A DNA stretch of 64,000 nucleotides, from NCBI RefSeq assembly GCF_009914755.1, contig NC_060925.1; one strand, 5' to 3'. A program made the position numbers and the translations under genes. Below are positions 12,068 through 26,627 of this stretch, piece by piece (the stretch's first letter is position 1; each line of letters begins with the position of its first letter). The notes below the pieces were generated by a model, which was not told where the DNA came from, did not search any database, and saw nothing but the letters and a program-made list of their open reading frames with translations. Source of the DNA: the human T2T-CHM13v2.0 reference genome, Homo sapiens.

Positions 12068-14715
12068 GTAAATTGTTACTGAGAGTGGGGTGTTGCTGAA
12101 AAGATACCTGAAAATGTGGAAGCGACTTTGGAACTGGGTAACAAGCAGAAGTTGGAACAGTTTGGAGGGCTCAGAAGAAGACAGGAAAATGTGGGAAAGT
12201 TTGGAACTTACCAGAGTGTTGTTGAATGGCTTTGACCAAAAGCCTGATAGTGATATGGACAATAAGGTCCAGGCTGAGGTGGTCTCAGATGGAGATGAGG
12301 AGCTTGTTGGGAACAGAAGCAAAAGTGACTCTTGTTACATTTTAGCAAAGAGACTGGCAGCATTTTGTCCCTGCCCTAGAGATTTGTGGAACTTTGAACT
12401 TGAGAGAGATGATTTAGGGCATCTGGTAGAATAAATTTCTAAGCAGCAACACTTTCAAGAGGTGACCTGGGTCTTGTTAAAGACATTCAGTTTTATAAGG
12501 GAAGCAGAGTGTGAAAGTTCAGAAAATTTGCAGCCTGACAATGTGATAGGAAAGAAAAACCCATTTTCTGAGGAGAAATTCAAGCTGGCTGCAGAAATTT
12601 GCATAAGTAACAAGGAGCTGAATGTAAATCCCAAAGACAATGAGGAAAATGTCTCCAGGCCATGTCAGAGGTCTTCACAGCAGCCCCTCCCATCACAGCC
12701 CAGAGGCCTAGGAGAAAATAGTTTCGTGGGCCAGGCCAAGGGTCCCTGTGCTGTGTGCAGCCTAGGGACTTGGTGCCCTGTGTCCTAGCTGCTACAGCTG
12801 TGGCTGAAAGGGGCCAAAGTAGAGCTTGGGCCATGGCTTCAGAGAGTGTAAGCCCCAAGTCTTGGCAGTTTCCACATGGTGTTGAGCCTGCAAGTGCACA
12901 GAAGTCAAGAATTGGAGTTTGAGAACCTCTGCCTAGATTTCAGGAGATGTATAAAAATGCCTGGACACCCAGGCAGAAGTTTGCTGCAGGGTGGGGCCCT
13001 CATGGAGAACCCCTGCTAGGGCAGTATGGAAGAGAATTGTGGGGTCAGAGCCCCCAAACAGAGTCCCTACTGGGGCACTGCCTAGTGGAGCTATGAGAAG
13101 AGGTCCACTGTCCTCCAGATCCCAGAATGGTAGATCCACTGACAGCTTGCACTGTGCACCTGGAAAAGCTGCAGACACTCAACACCAGCCTGTGAAAGCA
13201 GCCAGGAGGAAGTCTGTACCCTGCAGAGCCACAGGGTCAGAGCTGCCCAAGACCATGGGAACCCACCTCTTTTATCAGTGTGACTTGGATGTGAGACATG
13301 GAGTCAAAGGAGATCGTTTTGGAGCTTTAAAATTTGACTGCCCCACTGGATTTTGGACTTGCATGGGCCCTGTATCCCCTTTGTTTTGTATTGCAGGAAG
13401 TCAGGGACCCCAAACGGAGGGACCGGCTGAAGCCCATGACAGAAGAACGTGGATTGTGAAGATTTTATGGACATTTATTAGTTCCCCAAATTAATACTTT
13501 TATAATTTCTTATGCCTGTCTTTACTGCAGTCTCTAAACATAAATTGTAAAGATTTCATGGACACTTATCACTTCCCCAATCAATACCCTTGTGATTTCC
13601 TATGCCTGTATTTACTTTAATCTCTTAATCCTGTCAGCCGAGGAGGATGTATGTCACCTCAGGACTATGTGATAATTGCATTAACTGCACAAATTATATA
13701 GCATGTGTGTTTGTGCAATATGAAATCTGAGCACCTTGAAAAAAGAACAGGATAACAGCAATTGTTCAGGGAATAAGAGAGATAACCTTAAACTCTGACC
13801 GCCAGTGAGCTGGGCAGAACAGAGCCATATTTCTCTTCTTTCAAAAGCAAATGGGAGAAATATCGCTGAATTCTTTTCCTCAGCATGGAACGTCCCTGAG
13901 AAAGAGAATGCACACCTAGGGGTACGTCTCTGAACTGGCCCCCCCGGGGCGTACCTGTCTCTTATTGTCAAGATTGCAGAGGTGATATAGACTCCAGTCT
14001 CCCAAAGCGCTCCCAGGCTTATTAGGAAGAGGAAATTCCTGCCTAATAAATTTTGGTCAGACGTTGATCTCAAAACCCTGTCTCCTGATAAGATGTTATC
14101 AAAGACAATGGTGCCCGAAACTTCATTAGCAATTTTAATTTCGCCTCGGAGCTGTGGTCCTGTGATCTCACCCTGCCTCCACTTGCCTTGTGATATTCTA
14201 TTACCCTGTTAAGTACTTGATGTCTGTCACCCACACCTATTCGCACACTCCCTCCCTTTTTGAAACTCCCTAATAAAAACTTGCTGGTTTTTGCGGCTTA
14301 TGGGGCATCATGGATCCTGCCAACGTGTGATGTCTCCCCCGGATGCCCAGCTTTAAAATTTCTCTCTTTTGTACTCTGTCCCTTTATTTCTCAAGCCTGC
14401 CAATGCTTAGGAAAATAGAAAAGAACCTATGTGATTTTCGGAGCAGGTCCCCTGAAAGTTTTCGCCAATTTCTCCCATTTGGAATGGCTGTATTTACCCA
14501 ATGCCTGTGTACCCATTGTGTCTAGGAAGTAACTAACTTGCTTTTGATTTTACAGGCTCATAGGCAGAAGGGACTTGCCTTGTCTCAGATGAGATGTTGG
14601 ACTGTGGACTTTTAAGTTAACACTGAAATGAGTTAAAACTTTGGGGGACTGTTGGGAAGGCATGATTAGTTTTGAAATGTGAGGACAGGAGATTTGGGAA
14701 GGGCCAGGGGCAGAA
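12068..14715 (+). mobile_element. THE1 internal region (interrupted by MER11)
   Basis: MaLR internal sequence 'gctgaaaagatacctgaaaatgtggaagcgactttggaactgggtaac', ending in PPT-like 'gggaagggccaggggcagaa'. Confidence 0.9.
13389..14457 (+). mobile_element. MER11 (HERV-K11/HML-8) solo LTR, MER11B/C-like
   Basis: Starts 'tattgcaggaagtcagggaccccaaacggagggaccggctgaagcc', ends 'aaaatagaaaagaacctatgtg...ggtcccctgaaa'; 6-bp near-TSD GTTTTG (13383-13388) / GTTTTC (14458-14463). Confidence 0.92.
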
Positions 14716-15074
14716 TGACATGGTTTGGCTCTGTCCAGCCAAATCTCATCTTGAATTGGAACTCCCACAAGTCCCACATGTTGTGGGAGGAACCCAGCTG
14801 GAGGTGATTGAATTATGGGGGTGGGTCTTTCCTGCGCTGTTCTCGTGATAGTGAATGAGTCTCACAAGATCTGATGGTTTTGTAAGGGGAAACCTGTTTC
14901 ACTTGGCTCTCATTCTCTCCTGCTGCTGCCATGTGAGATGTGCCTTTCACCTTCCACCATGATTGTGAGGCCTCCCTAGGCACATGGTACTCTAAGTCTA
15001 ATAAGCCTCTTTCTTTTGTAAATTGCCCAGTTTCAGGTATGTCTTTATCAGCAGCATGAAAATGGACTAATAGA
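14716..15074 (+). mobile_element. THE1 3' LTR
   Basis: Diverged direct repeat of 11700-12067. Confidence 0.92.
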
Positions 15075-15389
15075 GCAGCAAAGCTTTCTTCCCATAAGGA
15101 ATTAGAGGCCACGAGGCTTCTAGCTTTGGTCCACTGCTGTCTGCCCTCACTCTCATGAATTTAACTACAGTTTATATTCTAAGGGTTCTCGAATCTGTAC
15201 TTTCATTTCCAGCTTGTCCTCTTCTCTGATATTTGAGCTCAGGAATCCATGTCTCTGATGAGTATATCCTGTTGATTGTTTCTCATTTGCCTTAAAAATC
15301 AGCACCCTCCCAAACTGAACTTATTATATTTCCCACTTCCTAAACCTGAGATGGAATATAAGCTCCATATTGTATTCAAACTTTGAATT

Positions 15390-16070
15390 AAATCAGAGAA
15401 GAAAAGGAAGTAAATTATATAAAACCTATTAAGGAATAGAGTCAATAGGACTTAATGACCAATTGGTTATGCAGGGAGAGTGAGAAGTCTAATCTGCTAG
15501 ATTTGGTTTGGGTGATTTGATTTATGTGGTTTCATAAGAGAGGAGGGAATATAAAAGAAGGAACACATTTGGGAGTTTTAAAAAAATGAGGTCAATTCTG
15601 GACAAGCATAATTTGAATGCCTTTGATATTTAGAAGATAGGTAGACAAATGAGTCTTGAATTCAGGTAAAAAATAAAAAATTAAAAAAAAAACTGAAGGT
15701 AAAGACATAATTTGAAGTTATCAGCATAGAGATGTTAGAAGTTACTGGTTGTTGGACTGAAAAATCCTGCCCAGAAAGTTTATTCAGCAAGAAAAGATCA
15801 AGAGTGAAGGCCTAGAAAACACCATTGTTTAAAGGTAAGTCAAAAAAAGAACCTGAAAAAAACCCTGAAGAATGAGACTAAGGAGAATATGCTAACACAC
15901 AAGTAAACTGGGTAAGTAGTTTATAGAAAAAAAAGTGCTCAAAAGCATCAAATGCCAAAAAGAGGGCAACTAAGATAGTAACTATTCAGTGGCCTTTGGG
16001 CTTGGTAATTAGTGAGTTATTATTAGCTTTAGCGAGAGATCATTTCAGTGGAGAGGTTCAGCTGCATATA
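15390..16070 (-). mobile_element. L2 fragments
   Basis: Purine-rich 'tagagtcaataggacttaatgaccaattgg', 'gaagttatcagcatagagatg', 'gatcatttcagtggag' typical of antisense L2. Confidence 0.5.
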
Positions 16071-16679
16071 TACTTATACAAATATATCTATAGTTGTATA
16101 TATATGTGTGTGTATATATTAGGGAAACATCAAACATCATGACTGGGTAATCAAAGTTATCAGTGAAAAACACCTGTAAGGGATAAGTGTGTATGTACAT
16201 ATATGTACACACACACACACACGCACACACGTGCACATAAACATATGCTCATATATATAGATTTTAGAAATCTTGCATTCATAGCAATATTTATAATCTC
16301 TTCATTATCTAAGTCTTTCTGGTTTGAAGTATTCTTTGGTATTAGAATTATAACCTCTTACTTTCTTATTGTTTCAATTTCTTTGCTAAGTCTTTGTTTA
16401 TCCTTTTATATTTAAACTCTGAATTATCATGTTTTAACCATATGCCTTACACAGAATATATAGTTGGGTTTTACTTTATGAGCCAATTTAAAAATCTTTT
16501 CCCCTTAATAAGCAAGTTAAACCTGTTCGTATTTGTTAAAATGACATGTTTTGTCTCAATTCTGTCATATTATCTTATGTTGTAATAACTGTGTATATCG
16601 TTATGTTTTTTTTAATTTGGCTCTCTTTTCTTTTTAAAATATCTTTTGATATATAGGAAGGTTCTTTTTATTTTAGTAG

Positions 16680-17184
16680 TATATTAATTTTCCATTACTG
16701 CTGTAACAAATTACTACAAACTTACTGGCATGAAACAGCACAAATTAAGTTCTATGGGTCAGATGTCAGAAATGGGTTTCTCTGGGCTAAAATTAAGATG
16801 TCAGCCAGTCTGTGTTTCTTCTGGAGAATCCAGGGGAGAATCCATTCTTTGCCATTTGCAACTTCTAGAGGTTGCCTGCTCTTCTTGTCTCACAGCCTTT
16901 TTCATCCATCTTCAAAACCAGCAATGTTGGGCTGCATCTTTCTCATGCTGTCATGTCTCTGATTCTCTCTTCTGATTTTCTATTCCACTTTAAAAAATCC
17001 TCATGTTTACATTAGGCCCACTCACATAATTCGGGATAATCTCTTTATTTTCAGATCAACTGATTAGCAACCTTAATTCCATCTGCAACTTTAATTTCCC
17101 GTTGCCATTTACCTAACATATTCACAGAATGGGAGAATTAGGACAGAAATATCTTTGGGAGGGACCATTATTCTGCCTATCACA
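16680..17184 (-). mobile_element. MLT1D-like solo LTR
   Basis: 'ttactgctgtaacaaattactacaaactt', 'ctggagaatccaggggagaatcc', ends 'cattattctgcctatcaca'. Confidence 0.8.
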
Positions 17185-17405
17185 AGTGGTTATCTTTGTA
17201 TTAATACTGTTTATAATGCCCTTAATTCCCTTTATTCTTTCTAAGCCTTTTACCATTTGTCAGTTTTAAACGGTATCTTATGCTTCCCATTTATTATCTA
17301 TGCAGCATTCAATGAATATTTTACTTTCCCCTTTCATTCTTTTCTCCCGATGTTTAGTTGTGTTCTTTCTACTTAGAAAGAACATGTTATATTTCTTTTT
17401 TAAAA

Positions 17406-17700
17406 TTTTATTTATTTATTTTTTGAGACAGAGTCTTGCTCTGTTGCCCAGGATGGGGTGCAGTGGTGCCACCTCAGCTTACTGCAACCTCTGCCTCCTG
17501 GGTTCAAGAGATTCTCCTGCCTCCTGAGTAGCTGAGATTACAGGAACTTGCTATCACGCCCAGCTAATTTTTGCATTTTTAGTAGAGATGGGGTTTCACC
17601 ATGTTGGCCAGGTTGGTCTTGAACTCCTGACTTCAGGTGATCTGCCCACCTCGGCCTCCCAAAGTGCTGGGGTTACAGGCGTGAGCCACCATGCCTGGCC
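17406..17700 (-). mobile_element. Alu (AluS-like)
   Basis: Full dimer in reverse, 'ctcctgacttcaggtgatctgcccacctcggcctcccaaagtgctgg'. Confidence 0.93.
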
Positions 17701-20270
<2,570 letters not shown>

Positions 20271-20935
20271 AAAAGTGAAGATTAAATAGGATTTTTCACA
20301 GTGGAAATGGAGAGGATGAGCAACTCAGGGAAAGAGAAAATTGTAAGCAAAGACAGTAAGGGGCAAAATTCTGTGTTGAAAGAATAATGTACTGTTTGGG
20401 TCACCGGAGAGAACTAGTTGAAGAGGGAAAAGAATTGGAGATATGGCCTAAATAAATTGATTCATTATAGGCTTCAAATACTACTCTAGTTTAATCTTTA
20501 TAGTTAGGCAATAAAGTGTTCTTTAAAGTAGGTATAAACTATCAAATGTGGTGCTCAATTACCCTTTTGTTTTTGTTCATAAACAATGGTGGGCTTGTGC
20601 CAGATAATGAGTGATGATGGCCTTACTGGAGAAACAAGAGCAAGGAGAGAATGTGGAGAAAAAATGAAACAGAGTGCATGAATAAACACAGGAGAAAACA
20701 TAGGTGGAAAGTTAAGCTAGGACAATATTATGGAGGTCCTCCCATGCCAGGCTAAGGAGTTTATGGTATATTTAATAGGCATTGGAGTTGTTGAAAGTTA
20801 CTGATCAGGAGGATGAAATCATAAGAATTGGCCACATATAATTAGATTTATGGATTTTTCTAGTCTTATTTGATATTACGTTTTGTTTGAACCAATCACT
20901 GTATCATAATGTACCAAGATATTGGTCTTAAAAAT

Positions 20936-21505
20936 TGTTATAGGCAAAATCCTAAGCTTTCCTTTCAAGATTCTTGGCCTCTGGTTGTTGACTCAAACAC
21001 TAATCTATGTACAGTTGTAAAGAGATTTTGCAGCTGCAATTAAAATCTCAATTGACCCTAAAATAAAGAGATTATTTGTATGGGCCTGAGCTAACCACAT
21101 GAGTGAGCCCTTTTAAAATAGAGAGATTAAAAATGTGAGAGGTGTTCATCATCAGGGAGGCTCTCTGTTGTTGGTTTTGTAGTAGAGGTAGACATGGACA
21201 AGGTATGGGCAAAGAGCAGCTCTTGGAGCTGGATGTGTTGCTAGCTGATACCAGGAAATTGGTGGAAGCTATAGTCCTATAGCCACAGAGGATTTATTTC
21301 TGCCAATAATAAGGATAGGGTTAAAGAGGGATTTGAACTTCAAATGAGAATGCAGCCTGATGATACCTTTTTTCCAACCTTAGCAGAGAACCCAACCATG
21401 CTCTGCCAAGTGTCTGACCTACAGAACTGTGAGCTAATAAATGAATGTTATTTTAAGCTGCTTTATTTGTGGTAGTTTTTTACACAGCAATAGAAAACTA
21501 AGACA
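20936..21505 (+). mobile_element. MLT1E-like solo LTR
   Basis: 'caaacactaatcta...agattttgcag', 3' end 'ttttaagctgc...tacacagcaatagaaaactaagaca'. Confidence 0.75.
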
Positions 21506-23244
21506 GAGGCCCGTAAGATATTTTATAATATGGTTCATCAAGGTTAATTACAAAAGCCCAAACTTTTGAATTAAGAACATTCAAGAATGTAATTGTATAG
21601 CTTTAAATCTACTTACCAGATTTTTTTTTAATTTAGAAATTTGTTTTCAAGGACAATTTTGGTTAAGACATGGGACAGTCTTCATCTTATCCATTTGATG
21701 AATGGATCTATTGGAATCTATTGTAATGAATATATATATATATATATATGAGATGGTGGGGGTAATTTTCTAGGATTGGCCCAGGAGTTAGATGTATTCT
21801 TAGTGATTTTTCTTTACATCATTATAGTCCACCTCTGCAACACATACTTGTTGTCACCTGAAGCTTTCCCACAGCAGGTGTTCAAGATATTAATTTAATA
21901 CCACTCTTTCCCCATACTTTGATGATGCCTATTCAGTTTGGATTCTGGATACATTTGATTTTATTAATTCTGTCATTCAATCTTGATCTTCATCCTCTAA
22001 CTCTTAAGACATGACATTTGGGCATGTTCTGTCTTATAAATGTATACCTTAGCTTTATTTTATAGACATTCTCTTGATCATTCACTCATTTCCTGGATTT
22101 CACCATTATCTCTATCTTGAAACCTTGACTATAGTCCCATCCTCACAACATACAGCACCCATTCAGGGCAGCTAGGTCTCTCTGGTAATGGTGAGAATCA
22201 TACATTCTACCTGAGTTCTAGTCATTCTTCTTTCATGCCCATATAATAGACATGAAATTACCAGTAAGAATTTTGGGAAGAGATCATACGGTTCTTTATA
22301 CAGGTAATGTGCAGATCTAGTGATAAGAAGAAAAATGGTTTGGACAGTAAATATGGCAACAGCTTTTATTTACATCTCTAGATCTTTCTAGTTTTCTAAA
22401 TAAAAACATGATTATAAACCATCTTGAAAACTGGGTTTTCATTGCTAAATATTACTACATGTTGACCTGCATCCTATTGCTGAAATGTCCTCCCATCTCT
22501 TTGATTATTGTTTAAATTCTACTGATTCTTCAATATTTCTTTACCAAGCTGTAGGCCAGTTGGAGTTTGTTGTGATTGTATCTTTGTCATATATGAATCC
22601 CTGACCAAAGGCCTCTTCTCCTTTGTCTTTGAGAAATATCAAGATGAGAAATTTGATAAGGGAAGAAACATCTAAATATACTACAAAATGGAGTTAAATC
22701 TGCTAATCAATATCATGATAGAAATCCTGCCAGATCCTCTTCCCAGTGCTTTGAATTTTGGTAATATAAAGGAAGATCAAGAATTTCTATATAGTTGGGA
22801 TGACTGAGATAAGGTGAAATGGGGTAGGAGAATATGAAAGAGACTTGGCTTAGAGCTGGATTTACATAGAAAGCATACTTCTTAACACTAAAGTTTAGTT
22901 TTTAGAGTAGTAAACTGATGGACACTATCAGGTAGGAGAGATATAAAGTTTTTCACTGGCTCTGAGGTACCCTTTGTGGCTACTACTGAAGTAATTTTAA
23001 TAGAGTTGAAAATTGAGAGCTTGTTTAATCTCATTACATAGAGCTAAATGTGGTTGGCTCAGCATTTCCTATAAATTATTGGGATTATTAACAATCTCCC
23101 TTGCGCAAAAAATAGATTTGAAGTCTTAAGTAATCTTGTGTTATTCAAAACATGAGGACAAAACTGCAGAAATACACATATGACATTTAATTGTCTGTAG
23201 CTCATATCCCAGATTCTAACAATAAGATATTAAAAATCTATTTC

Positions 23245-24102
23245 CTGCATAAATGTCTTCTTTTGTGCAGGAAATAGATTTTTAATATCTTATTGTTAGA
23301 ACCTGTGCAGCCAAAAAACACATGAAAAAATGCTCACCATCACTGGCCATCAGAGAAATGCAAATCAAAACCACCATGAGATACCATCTCACACCAGTTA
23401 GAATGGCAATCATTAAAAAGTCAGGAAACAACAGGTGCTGGAGAGGATGTGGAGAAATAGGAACACTTTTACACTGTTGGTGGGACTGTAAACTAGTTCA
23501 ACCATTGTGGAAGTCAGTGTGGCGATTCCTCAGGGATCTAGAACTAGAAATACCATTTGACCCAGCCATCCCATTACTGGGTATATACCCAAAGGACTGT
23601 AAATCATGCTGCTATAAAGACACATGCACACGTATGTTTATTGCAGCACTATTCACAATAGCAAAGACTTGGAACCAACCCAAATGTCCAACAATGATAG
23701 ACTGGATTAAGAAAATGTGGCACATATACACCATGGAATACTATGCAGCTATAAAAAATGATGAGTTCATGTCCTTTGTAGGGACATGGATGAAATTGGA
23801 AATCATCATTCTCAGTAAACTATCGCAAGAACAAAAAACCAAACACCGCATATTCTCACTCATAGGTGGGAATTGAACAATGAGAACACACGGACACAGG
23901 AAGGGGAACATCACACTCTGGGGACTGTTGTGGGGTGGGGGAAGGGGGGAGGGATAGCTTTAAGAGATATACCTAATGCTAAATGATGAGTTAATGGGTG
24001 CAGCACACCAGCATGGCACATGTATACATATGTAACTAACCTGCACATTGTGCACATGTACCCTAAAACTTAAAGTATAATAATAATAAAATAAAATTTA
24101 AA
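23245..24102 (+). mobile_element. 5'-truncated L1PA (L1PA2/3-like) with complex 5' inversion junction
   Basis: ORF2 C-terminus and primate 3'UTR ending 'ccctaaaacttaaagtataataataataaaa'; TSD AAAAATCT(A/C)TTTCCT at 23232-23246 and 24103-24117. Confidence 0.95.
23322..23876 (+). pseudogene. L1 ORF2p C-terminal (cysteine-rich) remnant, open frame
   Basis: Translation includes [18 protein letters not shown] ... [10 protein letters not shown], the L1 ORF2p C-terminus; no EN or RT domain, so not an independent gene. Confidence 0.9.
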
Positions 24103-24369
24103 AAAAATCTCTTTCCTATTTGAAATCAAGAGAAATCTCAGAATCAGGGAAGCCCAGGTGCATCGCTTTTTTTCTTTTTATGAATTTAAGTAAACATTAA
24201 TCCAAGGAGGATTGTGCCTAGGTAAGTGGAGGCAAAGTTTGGTTCTGAATGCAGAATTTTCTATCTGAGTTATTCCTGGATGAAATCTCTCTGAGGAATA
24301 GGCACTATGGTATTATATTTCCTAAGTTTATAACTCACAAGTTGCTGAGTGCGTATGGTTAAAACCCTG

Positions 24370-24482
24370 TTATTTTATTTTATATTTATTTATTTATTTA
24401 TTTTTTTTGAGACGGAGTCTCGCTGTCACCCAGGCTAGAGTGCAGTGGTACAATCTCGACTCACTGCAACCTTCATCTCCCG
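24370..24482 (-). mobile_element. 5'-truncated Alu (3' end of right arm)
   Basis: T tail then 'gagacggagtctcgctgtcacccaggctagagtgcagtgg...ctgcaacc'. Confidence 0.85.
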
Positions 24483-25329
24483 TAAATCCCATTCCTTTAA
24501 AACATAACCAAAAACTATGCACTAACAGCACAAAAGGGAGATTTCAATCTAAAGAGAAGTATGTATTATTTTCTTTCATCTAAAAGTTACTAAGAAAATA
24601 AGGGCAAGATGTTATATTACATGTTTGAGATCTTGAACCACATTTATGCATTAAGTATGAGAACTTCAGAAATATCATAAACCAAACTTATAAGTAGGAT
24701 TGCTTGAAAGCATAAATGCTAAAGCTTGAACTGTCAATGCATATGCTCCCTAGGCATTTTCAATAAATATTAATTTATTAATAACCTATAATATTCTTTT
24801 TAATGCTGATTTAGTTAATATCCTTCTCTTTGTTATACAGCAGGATAGAAGGAGAAAGTATTCTATTTAATATTAAATTTTATTGTTAATGTGGAACTCC
24901 ATACATTATAATCCATGAATAACTAATATAGTAAGCTGGAGAAATTTATTTTACATTTGTGAATGAGTATTTTCCTAGTCATTTGGTCTTGCTCTTAGTG
25001 GTTTTATTCAATTTTGCCCATTAAAGAAGGAATAAAGTTGTAGTTATATCAGCAAGATGGTAGAAAAAGATATTTCAGAGCTCATCCACTGGCAGAAACA
25101 TCACTTTGAACACTATCTACCCATGAAAATCCCTTTACACTAGCTTCGGGAATCCAGATGAGAGAGTACAGTACCTGGGTGGAACACAGAAATAAGAAAA
25201 TATGCATTAAGTAGGGTATGAAGGACAGTTTCACTTATCCACATTATCCCTCCCCAGCCCCAGACAGCATTGCATGAAGAGATACCATACACGATGAGGG
25301 GGATGGGGTGAAGTGAGCACCAAACTTTG

Positions 25330-25960
25330 CATGGACCCCAGCACCACACCTGCCCCAGAGAACCCCAATATTAGGCCAACCTCATGGCCCCAGGCTCCAG
25401 GCTGGTCCCCGTGGCCCAAGGATCCAGTCCTGCTCTGTGGACTCAAACACCAGGCCTGTTCCAGTTCCAGGCCTACCTCTGAAGTTTGTAGTCTTGCCTT
25501 TGTAGTCTCAGGCTCTAAACCTGCCAAATCATCAGGACATTCCTGCAATCCCAGGCTCCAGGCCAGTACCCCACTGGACCCAGGGTCCAGGCCTGTTCCT
25601 GCAGTCCCAGACTCCAGGCCTGTACCAGCTGACATGAGACCCAGTCTTGCCCCTTTATTTTCAGTCTCCAGGTCTGTCCTAGGAGACCCAAAACTCAGGC
25701 CCATCCTCATGGACTCAGTTACCAGGCCTACCCCTGCAGATCAAGGGTCCAGGCCCACCTGATGAACTCAAGACCCATGTCTGCCTCAGTAGACCGAGGT
25801 TCTAGGCCAGCCCCTATACATCCAAGCACCAGGTTGGTCTCCTTGGACATAGGCACCAAGTTCAACTCTGTGGATTCAAGCTCCAGGACTGCTCACTTAC
25901 TGACCCTGGCACCAAGCCAACCTCTTCAAAGACTCCAGTATCAACCCCACACATAGGCCC
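25330..25960 (+). repeat. Degenerate ~24-25 bp GC-rich tandem array in L1 5'UTR
   Basis: Recurring 'gacccaggctccaggcc' variants. Confidence 0.65.
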
Positions 25961-26561
25961 CACTAGTTGGCTTATCCAGTACCTCTGGATGGACTTACTG
26001 GTGGAAGACGTTCTCTACAGAAGCCAGTCCATAAAGACTTTAAGAAGTATCCACCTTTTCAAATGTGCAGACACCAATGCAAGGCCACAAAAATTATGAA
26101 TAATCAGAGAAACATTACATCACCAAAGGAACAAAATAATACACCAGTTACTGACCACAAAGAAATGGAACTCTACAAACTGCCTGACAAAGAATTCAAA
26201 ATAACCATCATAAAGAAGTTTAGTGAGCTACAAGAAAATACAGAGTGACAAACTAGAGAAATCAGTAAAACAGTACATGGAAATGGAAACACAACATATC
26301 AAAACTCATGAGATGGAGCAAGAGCACTTATTAGGAGAAAGTTTATTGCATGAAGTGCCTAGATTAAGAAAAATTGTACATGGACAAAATTAGAAATTCA
26401 GCAAAGAGAAACCATAAAAAATAACCAAACAGATGTTCTGGTCTGAGAACACAATGACAGAACTGAAAAATTCAATAGAGAGCTTCAACAACAGACTAAA
26501 TCAAGCAGAAGAAAAAATTATCAAACTGAAAGACAGATAATTTGAAAGTATGTAATCTGAA

Positions 26562-26627
26562 ATATATAGATATATATATATGTGTGTGTATGTATGTATG
26601 TATGTATGTATGTATGTATGTATGTAT
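26562..26627. repeat. (TA)n/(TATG)n microsatellite
   Basis: Directly visible. Confidence 0.95.

Noticed and set aside
12041-13494. Cluster of 80-167 aa ORFs
   Set aside because: Fragments of the decayed THE1 internal region, broken by stops and the MER11 insertion.
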